DNA of 64,000 bases, from IMG/VR virus record IMGVR_UViG_3300027741_000054. The stretch is one strand, 5' to 3'. The position numbers and the translations under genes were made by a program. Position 1 is the stretch's first letter, and every line of letters begins with the position of its first letter. This DNA is from an uncultured virus (IMG/VR IMGVR_UViG_3300027741_000054). Taxonomy: Duplodnaviria; Heunggongvirae; Uroviricota; Caudoviricetes. Positions 1 to 9,412 of this stretch are shown piece by piece. The notes under the pieces are model-generated. The model did not search any database. It worked only from the letters and a program-made list of their open reading frames with translations, and was not told where the DNA came from.

Positions 1-22
1 GCTCATTGTTTTTTTTTCCTTA

Positions 23-310
23 TTAGTTTATGGTTTCTGTTTTGGTTTCCCAAGGCTCTGGCAGTTCGTCCTTCTGGACAAAGTCTTCAGACAGTGAATT
101 TAAAACACGAATGACTTCAAAGTAACCTTCCCGGCGGGCATTTAAAGTGGCGTTCCAGTCAATAAAATCAACCCCGGATGGTGGCATCGTAGGAATTGGC
201 ATGCCCAAACTTACTAAAATTTGTTTTAAGGCTTTCCCGGCTTCAGACTGAGAGAAAGCTTTCCAAGCAATTTTAAAATCGTCTCGTTTATTCCAGTCGT
301 TTAATGTCAT
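23..310 (-). CDS. Small portal-adjacent phage protein (Bbp19-like)
   Basis: 95-aa ORF coupled by ATGA to the portal gene; pattern F.xSEAGKALxxIL...REG seen in proteins downstream of podovirus portals. Confidence 0.6.
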   Translation of the reverse strand: MTLNDWNKRDDFKIAWKAFSQSEAGKALKQILVSLGMPIPTMPPSGVDFIDWNATLNARREGYFEVIRVLNSLSEDFVQKDELPEPWETKTETIN

Positions 311-2577
311 GCTTTTGGTGCGGTGTTAGTTTTCAACGCAGCACTTAAACTAGCCGCGGCCTGAGCATCTTGTAAAGCTAATTTTTGTTTCATTTCAGCT
401 TCTTGAAATTTAGCATCCAGCATCGCTTTTTCTTGTTTCAACTGCATGTCGAGCTGATGCTCTTGCATTTTCATTTGCATCTGAGGACTTATGGGTTGAA
501 CTTGGCCCTGTTCTAAAGCGGCTTGCTGTTGTTCTTCATTGGCCTTTCGAATATCTTCTTCAACATCACGTTGCAAATTAACAACTGCTTCTCGCATTAA
601 ATTCATCGCCATCTTAATCTGACCAAGTTCAGCTTGCTTTGTCTGGTCTTGAGCAATCCGAACAAAATGGTCGTTAACGTGCTGGAACATTATGGAGAGA
701 TATGCAAGGGTTTGTTGTTTATTTTCTACTTGCTTGTTTTGCACTGCCTGAACAATTGGTCCGCTCTCTCCAAGGTGGACCGATAAATGGATAGAATGAT
801 TTTCGCTGGGTAGAACGCTCATCTGCTTGCCTTCCTGCATGGCGGCATTTTCTAACTGAGCAATCTTGGCGTCAGCAGGAATACGATTCTTAACGTTAGG
901 ATTAGGTAGATAACGATCAACCTGATCGTAGCCAACTCGTGCGGCAATCCTATCGCGAATAGCATTGACTTGACCGACTTCGTCAAAGCGAGGGAGCATT
1001 CCCATAAACTCATTGAAGGCCGTAATGCGAGCCGCCGGAGAACCAAGCCCAACGGACTTAACTGGCTCTACGCTGTATACGGCTTTGACTGCTTGCCACG
1101 GAACTCCTCTTTCTTCCAAACGAGTACGGAATAGAATGGCTTCTTTTGCTCCGTCTTCTTCTGGAACCCAAGTATCCCGTTGCAGTCTCCTAAACTGTTC
1201 CCGAAGCAATCTGCCCCAAGGAACGTAAAACAAATTCATTGAGTTCGTTGTAAGAATACTTTCATTCGCTACTTGGGCTTCAACTTCTGTAGCAGTTCTT
1301 GGATTGCCAGAAGGACCATTCATTTGAGTCCTATAAGAGCCAGTATTGCTTTGGCGGACCATCGCCATCTCGTTAATCAAAGGTTGGACATTAGCTGCAA
1401 GATTTGGGTACTGAGTTTGAACAACATTAAGTCCTGGAGGCAAAAACGATAGTGGTCCGGAATATGCCATCGACATTCTGGAAACATCTTCTCCGCTTTG
1501 GGGCTGAAGAAGAACAGAAGTTTGTAGCATAGCTCCATCCGCCATGGCGCAACGCAAACGATTAGTCATCTGAATATGCGGGAAAATTTTATAACCTAGC
1601 CCGCGGATAGAATGATACGTGCCGTTACCAATGCCATATGTGAAAATATGAAAAGCTTCTTCAGCAGTTTTAAACTGGTTAATCTTCTTAAATAAGAAAT
1701 CACCACTTCCATCTCTTCGCCCAATTGCGTGGGAATAAGATCCGTCAAACTCTCGAACGTAATAGTGTACAACATGAATTTCTTTTGATCGAACGTGGGC
1801 AAAATAAAGATCATTGTTTTTCATCTGCCTCTGGAGTTCTTCCCAATTTAATCCGTCAACAGGAAAAGTCGTGGTAGCATCAATAATTGCTTGTCTTGTT
1901 GCCTCAACATTCCACCCGGCCTGGGCAGCAATTTTAGGATCTTTAATGTATTCGTATAATTCGTGGGTTAAGTAAATCCTACGAACGCAAGCTATGTCAA
2001 CTTTTCCTTCGGTCGCAGAAGTTCCGCGAGGAATAAAAAAATCACCAATGGGGCATACATTCCACTTCCAATTTCGATCATCTTCAAAAAAAGCAATTCC
2101 TAAACCCTGCGAAACAAAATAATAAGAAAGCAGTTGTTGTTTAAAATAAAAACTTCCCCAATCTTTAGTAATAAGACGATTAAATTCTTCGGCAATAATC
2201 GCGCCATACTCTTCTCTTTGACTTTCGTCGCCAAACTTAGTTCTAACATTTACCAAACGATCAACAGAAGTTACAAGGTCATTATATGACGTAAGAGCTT
2301 TTTCTAGGTCTGCCCCAGCTTCACCGAAGTTTAAATTGGCGCGGTAACTTTGACCTAGTCTGCGAAGTACGATTGGGTCGTAAGGAGAGGCTCCGTCAAA
2401 CATATCCATGATCCGAGCGCGATCGCGAGCGGACTGTTCGTCAGCCAAATACAATTGTTGATACAAACCGTGCAAACCTTTTTGATCGGTAATTCGGGTT
2501 TTAGGCGCTTTTCCCTTGTTATCCAAATTTAACAAAGAATCGTCGTTAGGAGAAGAAATAGGATATTTGGGCTCCAC
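307..2577 (-). CDS. Portal (head-tail connector) protein
   Basis: About 756-aa helical protein next to TerL, with RTATEV motif and Q-rich coiled-coil C-terminus; start placed at GTG 2577 because the ORF-track TTG at 2616 coincides with a TTGACA -35 box. Confidence 0.85.
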   Translation of the reverse strand: MEPKYPISSPNDDSLLNLDNKGKAPKTRITDQKGLHGLYQQLYLADEQSARDRARIMDMFDGASPYDPIVLRRLGQSYRANLNFGEAGADLEKALTSYNDLVTSVDRLVNVRTKFGDESQREEYGAIIAEEFNRLITKDWGSFYFKQQLLSYYFVSQGLGIAFFEDDRNWKWNVCPIGDFFIPRGTSATEGKVDIACVRRIYLTHELYEYIKDPKIAAQAGWNVEATRQAIIDATTTFPVDGLNWEELQRQMKNNDLYFAHVRSKEIHVVHYYVREFDGSYSHAIGRRDGSGDFLFKKINQFKTAEEAFHIFTYGIGNGTYHSIRGLGYKIFPHIQMTNRLRCAMADGAMLQTSVLLQPQSGEDVSRMSMAYSGPLSFLPPGLNVVQTQYPNLAANVQPLINEMAMVRQSNTGSYRTQMNGPSGNPRTATEVEAQVANESILTTNSMNLFYVPWGRLLREQFRRLQRDTWVPEEDGAKEAILFRTRLEERGVPWQAVKAVYSVEPVKSVGLGSPAARITAFNEFMGMLPRFDEVGQVNAIRDRIAARVGYDQVDRYLPNPNVKNRIPADAKIAQLENAAMQEGKQMSVLPSENHSIHLSVHLGESGPIVQAVQNKQVENKQQTLAYLSIMFQHVNDHFVRIAQDQTKQAELGQIKMAMNLMREAVVNLQRDVEEDIRKANEEQQQAALEQGQVQPISPQMQMKMQEHQLDMQLKQEKAMLDAKFQEAEMKQKLALQDAQAAASLSAALKTNTAPKA

Positions 2578-2587
2578 AAGTTTGGCT

Positions 2588-2616
2588 AGTATGGGGGAAG
2601 TGAATGTTCCTGTCAA
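2588..2616 (-). promoter_or_regulatory. sigma70-type promoter for portal (TTGACA-N17-CATACT)
   Basis: Perfect -35 at 2616-2611, -10-like CATACT at 2593-2588, 10 nt before GTG 2577. Confidence 0.55.
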
Positions 2617-2627
2617 TCAGATTTCAG

Positions 2628-4364
2628 TTAACCTAAAAACGAGGATGTAGACACGGCTTGGTCTAATTTCTTAACTTGCTTTTGCCAAGAATCTCTTAGT
2701 TTGCCGCCAAAAAGAGAACCGGCTTGAATGCCAAGTCTTTGCCTGGCAAGATCAAGCCCAAGGAAAAAGGCGTCGGCTAAATCGGGTGATCGGCCAAGAC
2801 GAAGTTTGTAATCTCGCTTGGGCTCAATAGTGACCTTTCCTCCCGCTGTGGTTGTGTACTTTCGACCAGTCATCTCTTTGGCTAAGTCGGGGAGTATGCC
2901 TTTAAGCTGGCCCGACCTCATATATTCAACTCCCGAAAACCACAGTTCAGTAACACGGTTAGTATACTTATCTAAGCCTCGAATGGGATTGGTAATGCTG
3001 ACGGGCAACGCGGATGCTTTTTCTCCGAACTTGATTCGTACAATTCTTGGAGACCAAAGCTCAGCCAAAATGTCGCAAAACGGATCGCCTGCGCCAGTAG
3101 CGTCTATGGCTAGCCGTTCAGGAGGTACACCGGACTCATTGCATAACCGAATAACTTCTCGGGCAATCTGAAAGTTTCTGGGTTCTGGTTTGGTAACATC
3201 TTCTCTTAGATGATGGAATTTATGCAATGCTACGGCGGGGCCAGACTCCTCGCTCTGACCATATTTAATAATGGCGAGAACTGATCTATCTCCTCCATTT
3301 GTGAATGCCGGATCAAATCCAGCCAGGAACATGGGAGTATTCGACCATCTAGGTTCTTTGGCGACATCGTACTTTCTGAAATCGGCTTCCGAATAAATGC
3401 CCTCTTCAGCCCCAACAGGAGCAGGGAAACTTCTAATGAACCGCCAGAACGACAGGGAGTTTTCTCCTTCATTCTCAATAGCGTACTTTACTTGCTTGGA
3501 GGTTAACAAGAATGGCCATTTATCATTATGCTCAATGTTGGGTGTTTTAAGTCCGTCTAAATGAATGCATTTTCCAGTCTTGGTATCCCACTCGTCAGCG
3601 TCTACCGTTATTGAGTTCCAACCATCTTTCGGTGTGGAGAATACTCCAAATGGGTCGTACTGCGAATTAAAGTTACCAAGAGCAACGCATTGGAACTGAG
3701 GATTAGCATTCAGATTGTTAATAGCCTCAAAAACAGAATTGGTAACGTCGGTGGCCTCGTCAATAATTAGGAACACTCTTTTATTCTTTAAACCAATTAG
3801 TTTAGCGGTCGCTTCTTTTTCTTTATCGGGACTAGAGGGAACCAAGGTTATGGAGGATCGATCCGATGCTTCGCCGGACTCAGATACGTCCAGCACAATT
3901 TTACCCATAGAATCAATTAGCTTTCCGGGGAGTCCTGGAACTTGCATATACCGTTCGCGGATTGAACCCCACAAACGCTTTCTAGCTTCTCGAACGCTGG
4001 TCGTGGTAACCAACACAAGAGTTTCGTGCGGGGCGCATAGCCAATTAACTAAACCCCACATGGCCATAGTAGAAGTTTTAGCGGAGGACTTTGGGCCCGA
4101 AATAGCTAGGTAGTTATGCTCACAAGCTCGCTCAATCATCCAGTCGGCCCAAGGATGCCAATGAAATCCGTTTTTACTTTTAGTTTTGTGGTAAGGCCAT
4201 AAAATATCCACCACATTTTTAAAGTGCTGAGCCTTGCCCAAACCTCCATCTTCCGGGCGCAAACCCCATTTGAAGGCGAGCAATTCAATGTCGAGGTCGC
4301 CAGCACCATCGGGCCAGGACTTTCCATATTTCTCTATAGACAAGGGACTACTCTGCATAATCAC
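2628..4364 (-). CDS. terL: Terminase large subunit
   Basis: Walker A-like GPKSSAKT, Walker B LIIDEA, ALGN coupling motif, RNase H-like GFDPAFTNGGDRS and C-terminal SPDLADA; start may be ATG 4358. Confidence 0.92.
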   Translation of the reverse strand: MIMQSSPLSIEKYGKSWPDGAGDLDIELLAFKWGLRPEDGGLGKAQHFKNVVDILWPYHKTKSKNGFHWHPWADWMIERACEHNYLAISGPKSSAKTSTMAMWGLVNWLCAPHETLVLVTTTSVREARKRLWGSIRERYMQVPGLPGKLIDSMGKIVLDVSESGEASDRSSITLVPSSPDKEKEATAKLIGLKNKRVFLIIDEATDVTNSVFEAINNLNANPQFQCVALGNFNSQYDPFGVFSTPKDGWNSITVDADEWDTKTGKCIHLDGLKTPNIEHNDKWPFLLTSKQVKYAIENEGENSLSFWRFIRSFPAPVGAEEGIYSEADFRKYDVAKEPRWSNTPMFLAGFDPAFTNGGDRSVLAIIKYGQSEESGPAVALHKFHHLREDVTKPEPRNFQIAREVIRLCNESGVPPERLAIDATGAGDPFCDILAELWSPRIVRIKFGEKASALPVSITNPIRGLDKYTNRVTELWFSGVEYMRSGQLKGILPDLAKEMTGRKYTTTAGGKVTIEPKRDYKLRLGRSPDLADAFFLGLDLARQRLGIQAGSLFGGKLRDSWQKQVKKLDQAVSTSSFLG

Positions 4365-4392
4365 TTGACAGTTGTCAATTTAAGTTCACCCT
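4365..4392 (+). promoter_or_regulatory. Palindrome TTGACA-GT-TGTCAA / promoter at the terL-replication divergence
   Basis: 6-bp inverted repeat with 2-nt spacer at 4365-4378; TTGACA-N16-CACCCT on the plus strand. Confidence 0.5.
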
Positions 4393-4421
4393 ACGTTCCA
4401 CGATGAATACACACTCAAAAA

Positions 4422-4823
4422 ATGAACAGTTGTACAAAAGGCAAAGTCGGAGAACGTGAGTGGCGCGACGTCCTCAAGGCGAAAGGTTTCGAGGCAAGGC
4501 GCGGTCGCCAGTTCTCGGGGAGCCCAGAATCGCCAGATGTTGTCAGCAACCTCCCTTTTCACTTTGAAGTCAAAAGGGTTGAGGCACTCAACATTAATAA
4601 AGCAATGGAACAGGCCAAGCGAGACAGTGGCAAGAGTGTGCCAGTTGTGGCCCATAGAAAAAACAAGTGCCCGTGGCTTGTTACGATGGCTGCGGAAGAT
4701 TGGCTTGAACTAGTTCGTGAAAGACACTCAGACGCTTGTTCAACTGCACCCGTGGCAGGAGAAATCAAAAAATATTATACTTCGGGCAATTCAGAACCAC
4801 TCGATCGCGCTGGATTGCTCTGA
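4422..4823 (+). CDS. Holliday junction resolvase-like PD-(D/E)XK nuclease
   Basis: KGKxGERE...PDVV...FEVKR...PVVAHRKN..W motif series of Hjc-like phage resolvases. Confidence 0.85.
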   Translation: MNSCTKGKVGEREWRDVLKAKGFEARRGRQFSGSPESPDVVSNLPFHFEVKRVEALNINKAMEQAKRDSGKSVPVVAHRKNKCPWLVTMAAEDWLELVRERHSDACSTAPVAGEIKKYYTSGNSEPLDRAGLL

Positions 4824-6021
4824 TACTGGAACTGGTAAAACGGTAACTGCTTGTTCGGTAGTCAAAGAACTCAACATTCCGTTTGCGATTGTAGCTCCTA
4901 AAATAGTTCTTCCGGCTTGGAAAGAATGGTGTAGCACTTTTGGGCTACAACCAAAATTTGTACTCAACTACGAAAAATTGCGTACTGGCAACACTCCTCA
5001 CATTAAAAAATTAGGAAACAAACAATGGGAATGGGCGGACAGCAATCCTAATTTTCTATACATATTCGATGAAGTGCATAAATGTAAAAGTTATAAATCC
5101 CAAAATGGGGCAATGCTTGAGGCTGCAAAATCTTCTAAAATCTTGATGTTGTCAGCTACCGCGGCTGGCAGTCCGTTGGATATGCGTTTTACGGGGAGAC
5201 TATTGGGGTTACACAACGGAGTAAACTTTTTTAGTTGGCTTCACAAGAACGGTGTAGTTAAAGCTCCGTGGGGAGGAATGATTTTCCGTGGGGGCAAGAA
5301 AGTTCTTACGGACATTCATTCGAAGATATTTCCGGACAAGGGAGTTCGGATAAGGATCAGCGAGCTTGGAGATGCTTTCCCAAGCAATCAGGTTAACGCT
5401 CAAACGTTTGACATTTCACCAAAAATTGGAGAACTGTATCAGCAAGTGGAGCGAGAGATAGCTGAACTAAAAGATAAAGCCAAAGACGATAGGGATCCGG
5501 AAAGCCCTTTAACGAAACGCCTCCGAATGAGACAGGAGATTGAACTTTTGCGAGTTCCTGTGATTGTAGAAATGGCGGAAGAATTTCTTGCGGAGGATAA
5601 AAGCGTTGTCTGCTTTGTGAACTTCAGACAAACATTGGAAGCAATTGGAGAGCGGATGAAGAAACTAAAACCTTTGTTTATTCACGGCGGGCAATCTTCC
5701 GACGAGCGAGAAGATAATGTAAAGGCATTTCAATCAAACGCACATCATCTATTGTTGTGCCAAATAAACGCGGGAGGAGTTGGGGTGAGTCTTCATGATT
5801 TGCACGGAAGACCACGCGTATCGCTAATCAGTCCAACGTACTCGGCTATTGATTTGAAACAGGCTCTTGGTCGTATTCATCGTTCAGGAGCGAAATCGCC
5901 AGCTCTTCAATATATTTTATTTGCGGCCAATTCTGTCGAGGAAGAAGTCAGTCAATCTGTCAAGAGAAAACTTCGTAATATTGATTTACTAAACGACGGA
6001 GATTTGTTAACTCATAATTAA
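4717..6021 (+). CDS. SF2 (SNF2-like) DNA helicase
   Basis: TGTGKT, IFDEVH, LSAT, GGVGVSL and QALGRIHR motifs. Confidence 0.9.
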   Translation: MKDTQTLVQLHPWQEKSKNIILRAIQNHSIALDCSDTGTGKTVTACSVVKELNIPFAIVAPKIVLPAWKEWCSTFGLQPKFVLNYEKLRTGNTPHIKKLGNKQWEWADSNPNFLYIFDEVHKCKSYKSQNGAMLEAAKSSKILMLSATAAGSPLDMRFTGRLLGLHNGVNFFSWLHKNGVVKAPWGGMIFRGGKKVLTDIHSKIFPDKGVRIRISELGDAFPSNQVNAQTFDISPKIGELYQQVEREIAELKDKAKDDRDPESPLTKRLRMRQEIELLRVPVIVEMAEEFLAEDKSVVCFVNFRQTLEAIGERMKKLKPLFIHGGQSSDEREDNVKAFQSNAHHLLLCQINAGGVGVSLHDLHGRPRVSLISPTYSAIDLKQALGRIHRSGAKSPALQYILFAANSVEEEVSQSVKRKLRNIDLLNDGDLLTHN

Positions 6022-6024
6022 TCC

Positions 6025-6053
6025 TTGACGATTGTGAATCCAGAGTCACAATC
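6025..6053 (+). promoter_or_regulatory. Promoter TTGACG-N16-CACAAT overlapped by inverted repeat GATTGTGA-N8-TCACAATC
   Basis: Read directly in the intergenic sequence upstream of ATG 6066. Confidence 0.55.
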
Positions 6054-6065
6054 TACCCCACGCTA

Positions 6066-6302
6066 ATGGACACTCAACACGCAAGGTATAGCCCAAGCAC
6101 TCTTAAAAGCCGCGAACTCTGCCCAGGGTATGAACCCAAGAGGGACGGGGAAGTACATATTGTTACCCAGCGTGGAACGGCTATGCATCACGCTTGTGAA
6201 ATGAGCGACTTTGAAGATCTTAATGCCGACGAAACCAAGCTCGTAATGAAATGTTTAGATTACATCGAACGTTTGCGAGCGGAGTTAACTACCGATGCTT
6301 GA
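6066..6302 (+). CDS. N-terminal part of a Cas4-like/DUF2800 exonuclease
   Basis: HARYSPS....CPG and GTAMH motifs, which normally open phage DUF2800-type nucleases. Confidence 0.75.
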   Translation: MDTQHARYSPSTLKSRELCPGYEPKRDGEVHIVTQRGTAMHHACEMSDFEDLNADETKLVMKCLDYIERLRAELTTDA

Positions 6303-7167
6303 CCTCAAAGAAATTAAGCTGGAGGTTTTTGATCAATGGGGTTTTGTAGACCGATTGATGATTCGTGGCAGTAAAGCGCATTTGATTGACTATAAGTTTG
6401 GGTTTAATCCTGTCGACGATGCAGAACATAACGCTCAGATGTGGGCTTATACGTTGGGTGTATTTGATAAATATGATTACATTGATGAGGTCACGGTTCA
6501 CATTTTACAACCAAGACTAGATTTGATTTTCACCCATGCGTTTAGCCGCGAGGCTGACTATGGGAGAATCCACAAAAGAATAAAAGGAATCATAGACAAA
6601 TGCAAAAATCATACGGAAGCGGATTATACCCCAGGAGATCAGTGTATTTATTGTCACAAATTACCAGACTGCCCAGCAGTCCACGGAGCCACCATGCAAA
6701 TTGTTAAAGCCTATGACATGGCGCATGACGCTCAACTTCCAGAATTATTTCAGCCAAGCCAATTATCCACGCCAGAGCGTAGAGCTCAAGCCCAACGTAT
6801 TGCAATGGTTATGGAAGCTTGGTGTTCAAGTGTGCGTAAACACAATTTAGAGTTTGCCAAAGAGGGTGGTGAAATCCCGGGGTATGGATTAAAAGAAATC
6901 CAAGGACGTCGGGAAATCAAAGACTCTCAGAAAGCTTGGGATTTGGTAAAAAATAAACTTACTCCCGAGGAGTTCAGCTCCGCGTGTGAGATTAAGTTCA
7001 CAGATTTGGCCGATCTAGTTGCGGCCAAGGCGCCTCGCGGTCAGAAGACCGTGGCGAAAGAACAACTGGAAGATGACCTCATCGCTGCCGAAGCAATGAC
7101 GCGCGGGGAGCCATCTTATCAACTAAGAAAAAATAAAGAAGTAAAAGAGCTAAAACAAATAAAATGA
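6295..7167 (+). CDS. C-terminal catalytic part of a Cas4-like/DUF2800 PD-(D/E)XK exonuclease
   Basis: E..GFVD..LIDYKFG, NAQMWAY, ILQPR and the CxxCxxxxxC Fe-S cysteines. Confidence 0.85.
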   Translation: MLDLKEIKLEVFDQWGFVDRLMIRGSKAHLIDYKFGFNPVDDAEHNAQMWAYTLGVFDKYDYIDEVTVHILQPRLDLIFTHAFSREADYGRIHKRIKGIIDKCKNHTEADYTPGDQCIYCHKLPDCPAVHGATMQIVKAYDMAHDAQLPELFQPSQLSTPERRAQAQRIAMVMEAWCSSVRKHNLEFAKEGGEIPGYGLKEIQGRREIKDSQKAWDLVKNKLTPEEFSSACEIKFTDLADLVAAKAPRGQKTVAKEQLEDDLIAAEAMTRGEPSYQLRKNKEVKELKQIK

Positions 7168-7880
7168 AAACATCATTCAGTAAGAAGGATAAAGAAGCAG
7201 TAGAGGCAAACGAGGACAAGGCATTGGCGGTTGCGGAGAATAAGTCTCCAACAATTACCAATCGTAACGCCGGAGTAGACGGAGAGTTTAAAGCTTCCGA
7301 CTTTTTGATCCCCAGGATTAATCTTGTCGGTAAGACTGGAAACCTCAGCAATAACTTCCAGCCAGGGTCTTTTGTGTTCAACAAAGAACTTGTTGTTGGT
7401 AGCAAGGACTCGGCGATGGAAGCAATTATCACCCATATCCAGAAGAAATACATCCAGGAAATTCCTTACGGAACGGATGTGATTCCAAAGATCTTTGCTT
7501 CGCAAGCCGAGGTAGAATCAGCAGGTGGAACTTTGGATATCTCTGAATCCGAAGATGTGGATCGGTATATCCCATTCTTGGTTCTGACTCTGTTGGTTTC
7601 CGAACCTAAAGATAAGAATCCGATCTTTTCTCTTGAGGGACCGGATAAAAAGAACTACGCGCTGGCGCAGTATAATCTCACCAAAAGTGCGTACCGCGGA
7701 GCTGGTCGTCAGTTGTTGACTGACAGTCAGACAGTATTGCGGGGTGGCCTAACAAAGGGTCGCTACCAGGTGAGTAGCAAGCTCAACACCAATACGATGG
7801 GCAGTTGGTTTACCCCCACGTTCAAATTGGCTGGAACAAACAATGACGAGTTCCAGGCTTGGGCTTCTAGCTTAATCTAA
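7164..7880 (+). CDS. Probable ssDNA-binding/annealing protein
   Basis: 238 aa directly after the nuclease; DFLIPRINL..PGSF pattern and position typical of phage SSB-like proteins. Confidence 0.5.
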   Translation: MKTSFSKKDKEAVEANEDKALAVAENKSPTITNRNAGVDGEFKASDFLIPRINLVGKTGNLSNNFQPGSFVFNKELVVGSKDSAMEAIITHIQKKYIQEIPYGTDVIPKIFASQAEVESAGGTLDISESEDVDRYIPFLVLTLLVSEPKDKNPIFSLEGPDKKNYALAQYNLTKSAYRGAGRQLLTDSQTVLRGGLTKGRYQVSSKLNTNTMGSWFTPTFKLAGTNNDEFQAWASSLI

Positions 7881-8045
7881 GCAGATGAAGAAGGGGAGAC
7901 GTTCCGGCATGGTGCGGCGCGAGAAGCGCCGACAGGTTAAGTGTTCCTTGCCGCGTGAAACACCGGACGTCCTCCGTCAATTTGTATATCTTCTTAAAGA
8001 TATATTTCATTTCCAAGTTCAAACACCGACACAAGTAAAAGGTAT

Positions 8046-8345
8046 ATGGATCAAGACAAAATAGCGCCAACTGCGATTGAGGTCGCAAATGAGGCTTTTT
8101 CTGTAATTTGTAAGATTATGGATAAAGGCTCCGACAAAAGTGTGTTTGGGCAATGGTTCCATACGGATAGCCGTAGATATAACGCCGATCGGATGGTAGG
8201 GCATGTATGTCAGGCCATGACGCAAATCGATGGCAATAGACCTAATCCAGATTCAAATGGAGAAGATGCTATCGCCCATCTTGAAAGGGCACTGGTTCGA
8301 GCTGCATTTCTTTTATACAAAACTAATAGAGGTAAAATACAATGA
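8046..8345 (+). CDS. DUF5664-like (dATP/dGTP diphosphohydrolase-related) protein
   Basis: M.KG..K....W.....Y..R...H.......D...E..AHL..A..R..FL pattern. Confidence 0.5.
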   Translation: MDQDKIAPTAIEVANEAFSVICKIMDKGSDKSVFGQWFHTDSRRYNADRMVGHVCQAMTQIDGNRPNPDSNGEDAIAHLERALVRAAFLLYKTNRGKIQ

Positions 8346-8548
8346 TGGATTATTTTTGGTTATGGCTTTTTGTGTGGATCAGCAAGCGATGGTTTCCTAC
8401 TGTCATCTTTTCTACTGATCCCAAAACTGAACGAACTACATCTATTTTCTTTTTTGATTGTGACGCTCATGCAAAAAAACTAATGGATCTTATTCAAGAA
8501 AATAAACTAAACCATCAACTAGAAAAGGAGACAACTAATGATAATTGA
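8342..8548 (+). CDS. Hypothetical protein
   Basis: 68-aa ORF coupled to the previous gene. Confidence 0.55.
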   Translation: MMDYFWLWLFVWISKRWFPTVIFSTDPKTERTTSIFFFDCDAHAKKLMDLIQENKLNHQLEKETTNDN

Positions 8549-8717
8549 ATGGCTATGGGACCTACGGGGATTTGCATTCCCCAAAACTGAAACAAAAAGT
8601 ACCAAAGCAAATATAAAAAAGGTAAAAGCAAATGCAAAAAGAAAATCAAAAAAACAAAAATAAATTTACCTTGGAGGTATTAAAGGAGCTAGATTATCTT
8701 CTAGCAGAAGGCTTTAT

Positions 8718-9074
8718 ATGTTTAATCAACCCGAAGAATCCTACCATTGTTTTAAACCGGGAGGCCAACATATGAAAATTGAACAAGTAATAGGCAAAGA
8801 ACAGCTTGAAAAAGAAACATTTGAATCTCAGAGAAATTTGAATAGGATACATCAGTTTTACCACCGGGTGGTGGATCTGGCGGAACAAAACCATAAAACG
8901 GCTGCTGTCCTTGTGGAGGAGAATGGCCGTCTACAAATAGAGAACGAGGGGCTAAAAGAGTTTACCCAGGAACTCTTAGGCTTCATGGCGGACCTTGAGC
9001 GGGAATGTTCAGATTGCCGCAGCAAGGCTAGGTCACTCGTCCTTAATCAACCACAAAACATAGAAAGAAAATAA
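8718..9074 (+). CDS. Hypothetical coiled-coil protein
   Basis: ORF in the plus-strand gene train; true start may be the internal ATG (MKIEQ) after GGAGG. Confidence 0.6.
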   Translation: MFNQPEESYHCFKPGGQHMKIEQVIGKEQLEKETFESQRNLNRIHQFYHRVVDLAEQNHKTAAVLVEENGRLQIENEGLKEFTQELLGFMADLERECSDCRSKARSLVLNQPQNIERK

Positions 9075-9075
9075 T

Positions 9076-9411
9076 ATGATTGAACTATCGATTCAGATTA
9101 AAAATGAAGAGGGGACCGACAAGATTAGCGTTGAAATGCTCCCATTCGATAATGAGGCAAATGCGGTGGAGAAAGATGTATTGAGTGGATTATTCCCTCT
9201 CATTACAGAGCTTCTCAATGGGATTCTCGGTGGCGAAGGTTTTCGGAAAAGTGAAAAGATGGCCGAAGTTCCGGATAGTGAATCTCGCATTCTCGATAAG
9301 AATGGAGCTCCAACATCTATTCCTATGAACGAAGAGTACCTTGTCAAGAAGGGTCTTATTGAGCCGCCGGAAGGTGCTGAAATAAGAGACCGAGAGTCTT
9401 TAATAGACTAA
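9076..9411 (+). CDS. Hypothetical acidic protein
   Basis: 111-aa ORF tightly packed between neighbours. Confidence 0.65.
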   Translation: MIELSIQIKNEEGTDKISVEMLPFDNEANAVEKDVLSGLFPLITELLNGILGGEGFRKSEKMAEVPDSESRILDKNGAPTSIPMNEEYLVKKGLIEPPEGAEIRDRESLID

Positions 9412-9412
9412 C

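Noticed and set aside
6295..6303. RF2-style +1 programmed frameshift at GCT-TGA-C
   Set aside because: The in-frame codon before the stop is GCT, not CTT, so tRNA re-pairing is implausible; re-initiation at the ATG with a GGAG site is simpler
6066..7167. CRISPR-Cas locus suggested by the Cas4-like protein
   Set aside because: No array or other cas genes; this family is a common phage recombination nuclease
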